Assembly: GCA_963771175.1 (NCBI GenBank)
Contig: CAVYSY010000028.1
Span: forward strand, 1 to 64,000
Direction of reading: 5' to 3'
DNA length: 64,000 nucleotides
Source: an uncultured delta proteobacterium
GTDB taxonomy: Bacteria > Myxococcota > Myxococcia > Myxococcales > Myxococcaceae
Under the pieces are notes generated by a model that searched no databases, was not told where the DNA came from, and was given only the letters and a program-made list of their open reading frames with translations. The translations under genes and the position numbers were made by a program. Positions within the stretch are counted from its first letter, which is position 1. Every line of letters begins with the position of its first letter. Below are positions 9,535-22,451 of this stretch, in pieces.

Positions 9535-10582
9535 TCAGTCGAGGAAGCGTCTCCACCAGCGCCGTGCCGCGTCCTTGGTGAAGCGCATGCCAGAGTAGCT
9601 CGATGGCTCGTCGGACCAGGCGCTGTCCGATAACCGCAGAGGCTCGAGCCAGGGCTCCAGCATCCGTGCCAGCTCGCGGTACCCGGGAAGGGACTCCCCG
9701 ACGGACAGGTCTCCTGCTTCGGGCCGCTCACCCAGGGCGACAACAACGCGGTCCCCGTCGAGCTCGTGCACCGTGGTTTCTGGGCAGCGAGGCGGGAGCG
9801 AAGGGCAGCGGCTCCACCGAGCTGGCCCAGCACGGGCTGCGCGAGGAAGTTGAGCCAGTGGACACCATCGACTCGCGCGCCCATCCGGTTCGCGTCGAGC
9901 CAGGCGGAGCGTAGGTCGAAACCCGGGTAGCGCAAGAGCTCCGCGCGGAGGGCTTTGTCCTCGAGGACTAGGACCAGTAGAGGTGCAAAGCGAGGCCAGC
10001 GTGCCCGGTGGCGAAACGAAGCTGGGACGCCATTCCCAGGGCGAGCTCGCGCACCCTCGCGGGCCCGTGCGCCTCCAGGTAATCGGTGGGGAGCGTCGCG
10101 GTGAGCAGACTCACTGAATCAGGGGAGGGGGTACGCCAGGGAAGGCGGGCCAGGTAGCAGAGCTCGTAGCCGTTACTGCTGGCAAAGCCTCCATTGAGGA
10201 TGAGTTGGGTGGCGTAGCCCCTCTTTTCCAAGCGATAGACGGTGGGTTCGCTGAGCTCTTCGATGAAGCGAAAGGGCCGCTCGGGCTGGAGGAGTTCGCG
10301 GATGTAGTCCCAGCGATCCTCGGTCAGTGCGTCGCCCTCATCATCGTTGGTGAACGAATGGTCGATTGTCGTGGGACCTTGCCCAACCGCACGCATGTAG
10401 CTCTCGACCGCGTGATTCACTCCAGAGGCGATTTCCGGGTGGTCGTGCGGCATGTAGAAGGCGAAGCGGACAACGTCTCGCGCGAGCAACTCCCGCGGAA
10501 AGCGGGGCGTCTCGCCACTCCAGAGCTTGACGTAACCGGGGCGACGTCCACGGTGGCGGATGCGAGGGTAGTGGGGAGTCAT
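9535..10582 (-). pseudogene. DUF3396 (TsiV-like) immunity protein, two frameshifts (~9970, ~9780)
   Basis: FYMPHDH, LPTDYLEAHGPARVRELAL, GHAGLA, RYPGFD, VHWLNFL, LGERPEAGD, LPGYRELARMLEP, RWWRRFLD spread over three frames. Confidence 0.85.
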
Positions 10583-11442
10583 GGCGCGATGCCGAACTGG
10601 AAAAGCCCTGTGGGAGAGATGAGGGCCGCCGGGCATCGTTTCGTGAGCTTCTGGTAGGCCCCCAATTGCGCCTCTGCACCCGGGGACTTGCGCGGGTCCA
10701 GCTTGTGGTTGGAAAAGCAGGGGAACTTCAACTCGTAGACGCACTGCACGTCGGTGGCATTTCTCGTCCCGTGCACCACGAAGTCGGGATGGAGCGTGTT
10801 GAGCCCCCCGTTGGTGAGCACGACTCCATCTACATCGGGGTCCGGCTTGTAGCGAGGCTCGACGGTGAAGTTGTCTCGGAGCTCCGGGGGCAAGCGAGCC
10901 TTGATGCAGGCAAAGGCCGCGGCGTGCTTGAGCCGCCCGAGTTCCTGGGCGAGGGTGACCCGTTCCCCCGCCGCATCGCGCCCAACGAACTTCTTGCACT
11001 CCGCATCGCTTGGGAACTTCCCGTTCTCGAACCTGGAGCCGCCGTCTCGCTGCTGATAGGCCTCGTTGACGTCGGCGTGGGCCTGCGCCACGCACACCTT
11101 GAGAATTGCTTCGACGAGGTCCAGCTCCGCGCCGGTCAGGGCTCGCTCGAGGGTGTTGAGGCCCTGGGCGGCCTCAGCGACCCGGACGACCGTCTCGAAG
11201 GCCTGGCCGGCCCGAGTCGCCGTCGGCGCGAGGAACTCCCCGGTGCTCGCATTGACCGGGGCGGCACAGACGGCGCCACACGACTGGTCGAACCGAGAGC
11301 GCGCGCCAGAGAGTGAGCCGCGAGGCGCGTATGGAGTGGTGGAGCAGGACAGACAAAGCAGAGCGACGGAACCGAGCGCGAGAAGGAACCGCGTCGATGG
11401 AGAGGCCCGACGCCAAGGCGAGCGAGATTGCAGCGAGGACAC
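10579..11442 (-). CDS. Lipoprotein with C-terminal PD-(D/E)xK nuclease-like toxin domain
   Basis: Lipobox-like LCLSC; PDFVVH...VYELKFPC; stop overlaps the DUF3396 start. Confidence 0.7.
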   Translation of the reverse strand: MSSLQSRSPWRRASPSTRFLLALGSVALLCLSCSTTPYAPRGSLSGARSRFDQSCGAVCAAPVNASTGEFLAPTATRAGQAFETVVRVAEAAQGLNTLERALTGAELDLVEAILKVCVAQAHADVNEAYQQRDGGSRFENGKFPSDAECKKFVGRDAAGERVTLAQELGRLKHAAAFACIKARLPPELRDNFTVEPRYKPDPDVDGVVLTNGGLNTLHPDFVVHGTRNATDVQCVYELKFPCFSNHKLDPRKSPGAEAQLGAYQKLTKRCPAALISPTGLFQFGIAP

Positions 11443-11506
11443 CGAACACCTCCAAGCTATTGCAAAACGCGCATCCGGAATGACACGGAACCACGGAGCC
11501 TCTCCG

Positions 11507-11863
11507 TCAGTCCACCACGAGTCCCGGCTCGCCCTCCCCGAGGGACTCGAGCACCAGCTCCGCCGCCTTCTCCAGGCCGTGCCCCGGCGCCAGCTCCCGC
11601 GCCAAGAACAGTACCGGGTGCAGCCGCTCCGCCAGCTCCCGCGCGCCCAGCGTCTCGCCCTTCACCGCCTCCTCGCACAGCTGCAGCGCGAGGTCCACCA
11701 GCAGCAGCCGCCTCCGGTCCACCCAGCCCTGTGACAGCTTCGGGCTCGCCTGGTCCGGGTAGGCCTCGTGCACGCGCTCGTGTACCTCCTTCAGCGCGTG
11801 CAGGATGGACGCACGGTGCTCCTGCTTCAGCCGCACCTCGGGGTCCGCGGGATTGTCGCTCAT
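11507..11863 (-). CDS. Hypothetical protein
   Basis: 118-aa ORF with host-like codon usage directly downstream of the M28 peptidase. Confidence 0.7.
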   Translation of the reverse strand: MSDNPADPEVRLKQEHRASILHALKEVHERVHEAYPDQASPKLSQGWVDRRRLLLVDLALQLCEEAVKGETLGARELAERLHPVLFLARELAPGHGLEKAAELVLESLGEGEPGLVVD

Positions 11864-11873
11864 CGAGATGGCC

Positions 11874-13331
11874 TCACGGGGCCGAGGGCTTGGGCGTCGC
11901 GAGTGGCGCGGCCGGGGTCTTGGGAGTCTCGGCCGGCGCCTCGGGACGCGGCAGCACGCCGGGCACCTCGGCCAGCACGTAGGCCACCCACGCCAGCGCC
12001 GCCGTGCTCTGCGCCAGGTCCTTCGGGTCCACCTTGTCCAGCGTGTCCGCGTGCGAGTGGTGCACGTCGAAGTACCGACTGCTGTCCACCCTCACCCCCA
12101 CGAAGGGCACCCGCGCCGGTGCCATCGGCGAGATGTCCGCCCCACCCGCATCGCCCTCGAGGAGCGTTCCCGCCCCCAGCGCCTCCAGCGGGCGCAGCCA
12201 CGGGCGCACCAGCTCCTCGCCCCCCGGCGCCGTCCGGAACGACACGCCCAGCGGCCTGCCTCCTCCCGCGTCCATCTCCAGCGCGGCCACGTGGTTGGCC
12301 AGCTCCGCCGCGTGCGCCTCGGCGTAGGCCTTGCCGCCGCGCAGGCCGTTCTCCTCGTTCATGAAGAGCACCACGCGCACCGTGCGCCGCGGCGCTGGCT
12401 TCAGCTTCGAGATGAGCCGCGCCGCCTCCATCACCATCGTCACGCCCGCGCCGTCATCGTGCGCCCCCGTGCCCACGTCCCACGAGTCCAGGTGCGCGCC
12501 CAGCAGCACCACCTCCTGTGGCTTCTCGCGGCCCTTCACCTCGGCCACCACGTTGAAGGAGTCCGCGTCCGGCAGGTTCTGGCTGCCCAGCTTCAGCTCC
12601 AGCTTCACCGGCCCGCCCGCCAGCAGGCGGTGCAGCAGTTCCGCGTCCTCCACGGACACCGCCGCCGCCGGCACCCGCGGCACGCCCTCGTCGTAGCGCA
12701 TGGCCCCCGTGTGCGGCGAGCGCAGCGATGCCGTGGCCAGCGAGCGCACCAGCATCCCCACCGCCCCGCTCTTCGCCGCCACCGACGCCCCTCGCGTCCG
12801 CAGTCCGGCGACCTTGCCGTAGTCCGCCGCCTCGCGCATCGAGTGGTTGAAGAAGACGATCTTCCCCTTCACCTTGTCCCCGAGCGTCGCCACCTCCTCC
12901 AGCGAGCGGACCTCGATGACCTCGGCGGTGACGCCCCCGGCCGGAGTGCCCACGCTGCCACCCAGCGCCAGGATGGACAGCGGGTGCTCCCGGAAGCGCT
13001 CCGAGGCGAGCACTCGCGCGCGCTCCTCCCCGCGCACCCACCGCGGCACCTTCACCGGCTCCAGCCACACCTTCACCCCATCGGCCTCGAAGCCGCGCTT
13101 CGCCCACTGCACCGCGGCCTCCGCGCCCTCGGTGCCGGACAGGCGCGGACCGATGCCATCGGTGAGCTCGGCGAGGCGCGCATAGGCATGGCCCTCCGAG
13201 AGCGCCGCGCCGATGAGCTGCCCGGCCACCTGGGGCGACGGGCCCGAATCCTTCATCGCGGCCACCGGAGCCTTCGGCGCGGCGGTGAGCAGGGAGAGCA
13301 GTGCGGCGGACAGGGGGAGAGCGGAGGGCAC
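11874..13331 (-). CDS. M28 family metallopeptidase (carboxypeptidase Q-like) with PA domain
   Basis: GPRLSGT, GAHLDSWDVGTGAHDDGAG, FMNEENGLRG, HHSHADTLDK; GTG 13331 with GGAG upstream. Confidence 0.93.
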   Translation of the reverse strand: MPSALPLSAALLSLLTAAPKAPVAAMKDSGPSPQVAGQLIGAALSEGHAYARLAELTDGIGPRLSGTEGAEAAVQWAKRGFEADGVKVWLEPVKVPRWVRGEERARVLASERFREHPLSILALGGSVGTPAGGVTAEVIEVRSLEEVATLGDKVKGKIVFFNHSMREAADYGKVAGLRTRGASVAAKSGAVGMLVRSLATASLRSPHTGAMRYDEGVPRVPAAAVSVEDAELLHRLLAGGPVKLELKLGSQNLPDADSFNVVAEVKGREKPQEVVLLGAHLDSWDVGTGAHDDGAGVTMVMEAARLISKLKPAPRRTVRVVLFMNEENGLRGGKAYAEAHAAELANHVAALEMDAGGGRPLGVSFRTAPGGEELVRPWLRPLEALGAGTLLEGDAGGADISPMAPARVPFVGVRVDSSRYFDVHHSHADTLDKVDPKDLAQSTAALAWVAYVLAEVPGVLPRPEAPAETPKTPAAPLATPKPSAP

Positions 13332-13462
13332 GTCGTGACTCCGGGACGAAAGGGGGACTCGCACTCTCGTCCCGGGCGCGGCGCCTCGCAAGCGCTACCA
13401 CGTCACGGGTTGACTCCCCGTGAGGCCCGGCTGCTTCCCCGTGTCGCGGCCTGGCGGCCGGG

Positions 13463-13912
13463 CTACTTCGCGTCGGGCGTGCGGTACGTGAGCACCGGGC
13501 AGGGCGCCAGCCGCACCACCTTCTCCGCCACGCTGCCCACCATCATGTGCGACAGGCCCGTGCGCCCGTGCGTGCCCATGACGATGAGGTCGTACGTCCC
13601 CTCGGCCGCCACCTTCGCGATGACGTGCGCGGGCTCGCCCGACTCCAGCATCTGCTTCGAGTGCGGCACGCCCTTCAGGAAGGTCGAGAGCTGCTGGTCC
13701 GCATGGTTGCGCAGGAACGTGGACAGGGTGAGCTCGGGCTCGCTGCGCGTCAGCATCACCATCTGGTCACCCGCGTACTCGGACGGGCGCCACACGTGCA
13801 GGACGTCCAGCTTCGCGTCGAAGCGGTTGGCGAAGAGGAGCGCGTAGTCGAGTGCCCGCTTCGAGGTCTCGGAGAAGTCGACCGGGACGAGGATGCGCTG
13901 GATGTTGTTCAT
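13463..13912 (-). CDS. Universal stress protein (Usp)
   Basis: ILVPVDFSETS..DLIVMGTHGRTGLSHMMVGSVAEKVVRLAPCPVL. Confidence 0.96.
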   Translation of the reverse strand: MNNIQRILVPVDFSETSKRALDYALLFANRFDAKLDVLHVWRPSEYAGDQMVMLTRSEPELTLSTFLRNHADQQLSTFLKGVPHSKQMLESGEPAHVIAKVAAEGTYDLIVMGTHGRTGLSHMMVGSVAEKVVRLAPCPVLTYRTPDAK

Positions 13913-13948
13913 GGCTTCACTCCATCAGACAGGGATGCCCCATCCTAG

Positions 13949-13964
13949 TGCAACGGGCGTTCCC
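13949..13964 (-). promoter_or_regulatory. Putative sigma-54 promoter for the usp gene
   Basis: Minus strand GGGAACGCCCGTTGCA = GG-N10-GC with TTGCA, about 37 nt upstream of the ATG. Confidence 0.55.
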
Positions 13965-14117
13965 GTGGTGCTCCCTTGGGAGGGCCCTCGCGGCGCGCGC
14001 AAATGCTGCGTGGCCACGCCCCCGACGCAATTCCTGCGGGTTCTTCCGGCCCCCGGCCTCCCTTGGATGACGCCCCTGCCCTCCTGCGCGATACTCCCCG
14101 GCCAGGAGAAGAGACGG

Positions 14118-15272
14118 ATGAGCCGATTTCGCATCCCCTGGCTGCTGCCGGTCCTCGCACTGGCCGGCTGTGAGCCTTTCGACCCCTGGTTCGACTACAC
14201 CGCGGATGACCCGAACCTCCAGTTCATCGGGCGCATGGACCTCACCACCGATGAGGGTCCGACGTACGCCCACCCGGGCACCACCGTGCGCTTCCGCTGC
14301 AACTGCACCGGCGTGGACGTGGCCTTCGAGGACTACGGTGAGGGAGGCGACGAGCACACCAACTTCGTCAGCATCCTCGTCGATGGTGTGGAGGAGGCGA
14401 AGGCCGAGCTCAAGCCGAAGGGCGGCGCCCTCATGTACAAGGGTGCCCGCAACCTCTCCAAGGGCGAGCACATCGTCGAGGTCGTCAAGGCCACCGAGTC
14501 CTATGCCGGCAACATCCGGTTCGTCGGCCTGAGCCTCCAGGGCATCATCCTGGAGCCGCCGCCCCGGCAGGAGAAGAAGATCGAGTTCATCGGCGACTCC
14601 ATCACCTGCGGCTACGGCAACGAGGTGCGCATCTTCGCCCCCAGCAACACCGAGCCCAACACCGGCTACCACACGAAGAACGAGAACATCACCAAGGCCT
14701 ACGGCGCGCTCATCGGCCGCAAGTTCAACGCCGAGGTCTTCCAGACCTGCATCTCGGGCACCGGCGTCTACCGCAACCTCAATGGCAAGACGGACCAGGC
14801 CTTCCCCGTCCTCTACGACCGCGTCTACCCCAACGACCCGGGGAAGCCGCTCTGGGACCCCACGAAGTTCGTCCCCGACCTCATCGTCATCAACCTGGGC
14901 AACAACGACTTCAACGTGCTCGACGAAACCCAGACGCCGACCGCCCCGCCCGGTGAGCCCTTCAAGGCCGCCTACGCCGACTTCGTGCGCAAGCTGCGTC
15001 GGTACTACCCCCAGGCGACGATCGTCTGCTCCATCGGCCCGCTGATGAACGACAACTTCCCGAAGGGCCGCAAGCACTGGACGCTCATCCAGACCTACGT
15101 CTCCGAGATGGTGGCCACGATTCGCAACGAGGGTGACACCAACGTCCACTACTTCGCCTACAAGCCCATCACGGGCGACCCCTATGGCGAGGACTGGCAC
15201 CCCACCGCCGAGGGCCACCAGGTGATGGCCGACGCGATGACCGCCTTCCTCCAGAAGATCGGCGCCCTCTGA
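14118..15272 (+). CDS. SGNH/GDSL hydrolase lipoprotein (CE2-like carbohydrate esterase)
   Basis: Lipobox LAGC; IEFIGDSITCGYG, INLGNND, DWHP. Confidence 0.9.
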   Translation: MSRFRIPWLLPVLALAGCEPFDPWFDYTADDPNLQFIGRMDLTTDEGPTYAHPGTTVRFRCNCTGVDVAFEDYGEGGDEHTNFVSILVDGVEEAKAELKPKGGALMYKGARNLSKGEHIVEVVKATESYAGNIRFVGLSLQGIILEPPPRQEKKIEFIGDSITCGYGNEVRIFAPSNTEPNTGYHTKNENITKAYGALIGRKFNAEVFQTCISGTGVYRNLNGKTDQAFPVLYDRVYPNDPGKPLWDPTKFVPDLIVINLGNNDFNVLDETQTPTAPPGEPFKAAYADFVRKLRRYYPQATIVCSIGPLMNDNFPKGRKHWTLIQTYVSEMVATIRNEGDTNVHYFAYKPITGDPYGEDWHPTAEGHQVMADAMTAFLQKIGAL

Positions 15273-15291
15273 CGTCCCATGGGGGGTGGCA

Positions 15292-16659
15292 CTACCGCCC
15301 GAAGCGCAGCAGGACGGCGGACTCCGAGGGCAACCGCACCGGCCCGGCGCCGACCTCGGCCAGGCCCGCCGCGCTCGAGAGGAGCAGCGCCTCGCCCGAG
15401 CGCGTCATGGCCAGGCGCCCCCCGCGCAGCACCTCATCCGAGAAGAGGCCTCGCGACCACTCGTGCCCGCCGGAGCCCCGGTAGAGCTTCACCACGAAGA
15501 GGTGGTTGTCCGGCGAGCCCCCCGGGCGCGAGGGGAGCCGCGAGCCTCCCACGCTGTCTCCCGGACGGTACTGGCCCGTCACCACCACCCGGTTCTCCGC
15601 GTCGATCGCCACCGCCGTGGCCCCCTCCGCGAAGTGGCGCACCCACAGCTCGTTGCCTTCATCGCCATAGGCCGCCACGAAGGCGTCCCGGCCCTCCGCC
15701 GGCCGCGACTGCCCCCGGAAGGTGAAGTCGCCCGAGTACTCGCCCACCACGAGGATGCGCCCCGGCTCCACCGCCACGCCCGTGACGCTGCCCTCCGCCC
15801 CCACGAGGCCGCGAGACCACAGGTGGCGCATCTCCGGGGAGAAGCGGGCGAGGAACGGGCTGCGCGGCAGCGTCGTGGTGAAGGGGCCTCCGCCAAGGTC
15901 CACCTCGCCCTCGAAGAAGCCCGCCACCGTGAGGCAGCCGGACGGCTCCACCGCCAGCGCCGTCACCGACAGGCTGCCCCAGCGCACCACGGGCTTCAGC
16001 GCGAGCACCCGCCCGTCCTCCACTCGCGCCCGGCCGATGAGCGCGGCGCCGAGAGGGCGTCCCGGGTCGAGAAAGTTCACCGCCGCCACGAGCTGCCCCC
16101 GGCGCTCGTCCACGGCCAGGGCGCTCGGGGGGAGCAGCTCCACGCCCGGCAGCGACGTGCCGTGCGACCAGAGGTGCGTGCCGTCCGGCGCGTACTTCGC
16201 CAGGAAGACCCCCGCGGGCACCGGCTCTCCCCCGAGGCTCAGCGAGGGCTCGCGGTGCGCCCCGGTGACGTAGACGTTGCCCGCCTCGTCCACCGCCATC
16301 GCGGACACGGTGGGCTGGGTGTCGATAGAGGTGGGGAAGGCCTTCGACCAGAGGTGCCTGCCGTCCGGCGCGTACTTCGCCAGCGCGAGGCCACTCTCTC
16401 CGGGCAGCGCGCCGCCTCCGAGGTCCACCCCGCTCCGCTCGTACGTGAGGGAAATGAAGGCGTTGCCCCGGCGATCCACCGCCACGGTCCACCCGAGCAC
16501 CGAGCCCTCCACCGGGCGCACATGGCGCGTGCCGCCCCGCCCCTCGTGTGCCCCTCGCGCCAGGACTCCCAGCGGCTCGACGGGCTCCGGTGGCTGCACC
16601 ACCGCGCTACACCCCAACCCCAGCCACACCCCGGCCCAGACAGCCCACGCCCGTCCCAT
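15292..16659 (-). CDS. Beta-propeller repeat lipoprotein
   Basis: Lipobox LGLGC; repeated AVD..GN / LAKYAPDG.HLWS units. Confidence 0.75.
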   Translation of the reverse strand: MGRAWAVWAGVWLGLGCSAVVQPPEPVEPLGVLARGAHEGRGGTRHVRPVEGSVLGWTVAVDRRGNAFISLTYERSGVDLGGGALPGESGLALAKYAPDGRHLWSKAFPTSIDTQPTVSAMAVDEAGNVYVTGAHREPSLSLGGEPVPAGVFLAKYAPDGTHLWSHGTSLPGVELLPPSALAVDERRGQLVAAVNFLDPGRPLGAALIGRARVEDGRVLALKPVVRWGSLSVTALAVEPSGCLTVAGFFEGEVDLGGGPFTTTLPRSPFLARFSPEMRHLWSRGLVGAEGSVTGVAVEPGRILVVGEYSGDFTFRGQSRPAEGRDAFVAAYGDEGNELWVRHFAEGATAVAIDAENRVVVTGQYRPGDSVGGSRLPSRPGGSPDNHLFVVKLYRGSGGHEWSRGLFSDEVLRGGRLAMTRSGEALLLSSAAGLAEVGAGPVRLPSESAVLLRFGR

Positions 16660-16929
16660 GCGCTCCCCTCCCGTGCGCCTACGGCCCGAGCCGCAGCATG
16701 ACCGCCGAGTCGGTGGGTGCCGTCACCGGCCCGGTGCTCGACGTTGCCGATGAGGCTCGACTCATCCCCACGCATCAGCGCGAGCCCCGCGAGGTTGTGC
16801 ATGCAAGCGGGACAAGGCATCGCCTGCCAGGGCAGGTGGCGCCCACCGGAGCCGGAGCCCCCACCGGGCAGCCGAGCATGGCTTCACGGCGGGGCCGGGC
16901 AGTGTTGACGCGGAGTCGCCACGGCCCGG

Positions 16930-18036
16930 ATGCTGGCCACCCTCACGCCAGGGAGGACTGTGTCGTTCCTCATCATCGTCGCGCTCGCGGTCTTCGTCAT
17001 CGCCGTCACCTACTTCGCGGGGCGGAGGGCCGCGTCCCCGGCACTGCTCCCCGCGAGCCCCTCGTCGGAGCCCTCACGGGTCCGCCACCTGCCGGGCGTC
17101 GATCCCCAGGAGCTCGCGCGGACGGCGGCGCTGCGGGTCCCCGCGCCCGACTCGGTGAAGGGCGGACCGGACCTCCTCGCCCTCCACCTCGTGGACAACG
17201 CGCACCGGTTCCACTTCGTCCTCAACCGGGACGACGCCTGGGCCGTCGTGTTCCACCCGCCCGCCACGCCCGCGCCCATCGGCCTCACCGTCCCCGTCAA
17301 TGACCCGTCCGCCGAGGGGCTCCACGAGGTGCTGAGCAAGCTCGAGGAGCGCGTCCGGCGCTCGGGAGTGCTCGACCTGCCACCGCACCGTGCCGACGAG
17401 GCCCTCCAGCCCGCCACCCTGCGCGCCCCGTCCTCGCTGCACTTCCGCGTCGTGCTCCGCGGCGCACCGGGCTGGACGTCCCTGTACGAGGACAAGGACC
17501 GCCTCCCCGTCGAGCTGCTCACGCTGCTGCTCGACCTGCGCGCCCTGTCCTTCGCGGCGCTGGTGCCCCAACCGGTGCAGCTGCAGGTGCGGACTCCGGA
17601 GATGCTGCACTTCGAGCTCATCGACGAGCGCGAAGGGTTCCGTCTCGCCTCCACGCGAGGCAAGGGCCTCATGCTCACGCACCGCCCCCCGGGAGCCGAG
17701 AAGCGCCACACCTACCTGGTGTCCCACGCGGACAACGGGGCGCGGCTCGACGTGCTGCACCAGCGGCTCGCCACCCTGGTGGACCTGCACCGCATCCCCA
17801 ACGTGGAGCCCCGTGAGCCCAAGCTCGCGATGAGCCCGTCGGCCCACGAGCGCCACTCCTTCGTCGTCCGCATCTTCATGGAGGGCGGCAAGGGCTGGGC
17901 CACCTGCTACGAGCCCCAGGCGCACCGCGCCGACGGGCTGCCTCCCGAGCTCGTGGCGCTCGAGCGCGACGTGCGGACCCTGGCGGAGGAGCAGCTCACC
18001 CAGCTCGCGCCCCTGGCCCGCCCAGGGAACGCCTGA
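16930..18036 (+). CDS. Membrane-anchored hypothetical protein with a duplicated domain
   Basis: N-terminal TM helix; two similar units ending GW..Y....LP.EL..L..D.R.L. Confidence 0.7.
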   Translation: MLATLTPGRTVSFLIIVALAVFVIAVTYFAGRRAASPALLPASPSSEPSRVRHLPGVDPQELARTAALRVPAPDSVKGGPDLLALHLVDNAHRFHFVLNRDDAWAVVFHPPATPAPIGLTVPVNDPSAEGLHEVLSKLEERVRRSGVLDLPPHRADEALQPATLRAPSSLHFRVVLRGAPGWTSLYEDKDRLPVELLTLLLDLRALSFAALVPQPVQLQVRTPEMLHFELIDEREGFRLASTRGKGLMLTHRPPGAEKRHTYLVSHADNGARLDVLHQRLATLVDLHRIPNVEPREPKLAMSPSAHERHSFVVRIFMEGGKGWATCYEPQAHRADGLPPELVALERDVRTLAEEQLTQLAPLARPGNA

Positions 18037-18277
18037 CTCGCCGCCATCGTCCACACGAGCCGGTGAGTGGTCGGTAACCCGGGGCGAGCGGTCGCGCTCG
18101 AGCCGCCGCCGTGCGCGTGGGCACTCCGAGAGAGCCGCGACCACTCGGCTCGTACTCCCGACCGCTCGACCAACGTGGGCCTGCGTGGCGCGAGCAGAAG
18201 GGGCATCTCTGCGCGCACCGAGACGCATCGGCACCCCGTCATGGGCCCGCGCGTCCGGCGGACCCAGGGAGGACGCG

Positions 18278-18985
18278 ATGCAGTGGCGGAGCTGGCGGCG
18301 ACACTTCGAGGCGAATCGTGCACGGGCGCTGCCCGGAGGACTGGAACGGTTCAACGAGGCGGCCCCTGAGTGGCGGGACACGCTGCGCTCATCGCTGGCA
18401 CGGCTGCAACTCGGCGAAACGGGAGAGGGACGCATCGCGCACGAGATCGACTCGGCCCGGCTTCCGGGAATCGACGCGGACTACCGGGCGGCGCTGAAGC
18501 TCTTCGTGGCGGAAGAGGGGCGGCACGCACGCATCCTCGGGCAGATCGTGCGGGAGATGGGCGGGGAGCTGCTGGCGCGCACGTGGACCGAGCGCCTCTT
18601 CGTCTTCGGGCGCCGGCTGATGGGGCTCCGCCTGAAGCTGACGGTCCTGCTCGTCGCCGAGGTGGTGGCCAGCGGTCTCTTCGACCTCCTGGCGTCCCGG
18701 CTTCCGGAGGGCGCCTTGCGACGCGCACTGGAAGAGATCGCCGGGGATGAGACGCACCACCTGCGCTTCCACAGCGACTTCTTCGCGCGGCAGGGCTGGG
18801 GCCCGGCGATGAGAGCGGCGTGGTGGGTGATGTGGTGGCCGTTGGCGCTGGCGGCCTCGGCGGTGGTGCTGCTGGACCATTGGCGCACGCTGCGGGCGCT
18901 GGGCATCCCCCCACACGAGGCCGCGCGGACCTTCATGGAGCGCGCGGCGGAAGCGGTTCGACGCGCCCTGTTCCGGGTGACGTGA
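18278..18985 (+). CDS. Ferritin-like domain protein
   Basis: QLGETGEG, EEGRH, DETHH (two ExxH motifs); GGAGG SD before ATG 18278. Confidence 0.8.
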   Translation: MQWRSWRRHFEANRARALPGGLERFNEAAPEWRDTLRSSLARLQLGETGEGRIAHEIDSARLPGIDADYRAALKLFVAEEGRHARILGQIVREMGGELLARTWTERLFVFGRRLMGLRLKLTVLLVAEVVASGLFDLLASRLPEGALRRALEEIAGDETHHLRFHSDFFARQGWGPAMRAAWWVMWWPLALAASAVVLLDHWRTLRALGIPPHEAARTFMERAAEAVRRALFRVT

Positions 18986-18986
18986 C

Positions 18987-22284
<3,298 letters not shown>

Positions 22285-22451
22285 CGCGGGTCCTCGTCGG
22301 TCTGGCGTGAAGGGGTGCCCAGACTACCCCGACGCGGGCTTCGAAAAGGGTCGCCCGGGGTAAGGGTCTTCACGTTCTAGAAGTTCCCGCTTTTCTCATT
22401 GTACTCGGAATGTATGTTCGCGGGCCTGACGCACTCCCCCTGGAGCTCCGC

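Noticed and set aside
8556..9935. Apparent DUF3396-WecB fusion ORF (459 aa)
   Set aside because: Artefact of the DUF3396 frameshift; the glycosyltransferase has its own SD and ATG at 9335.
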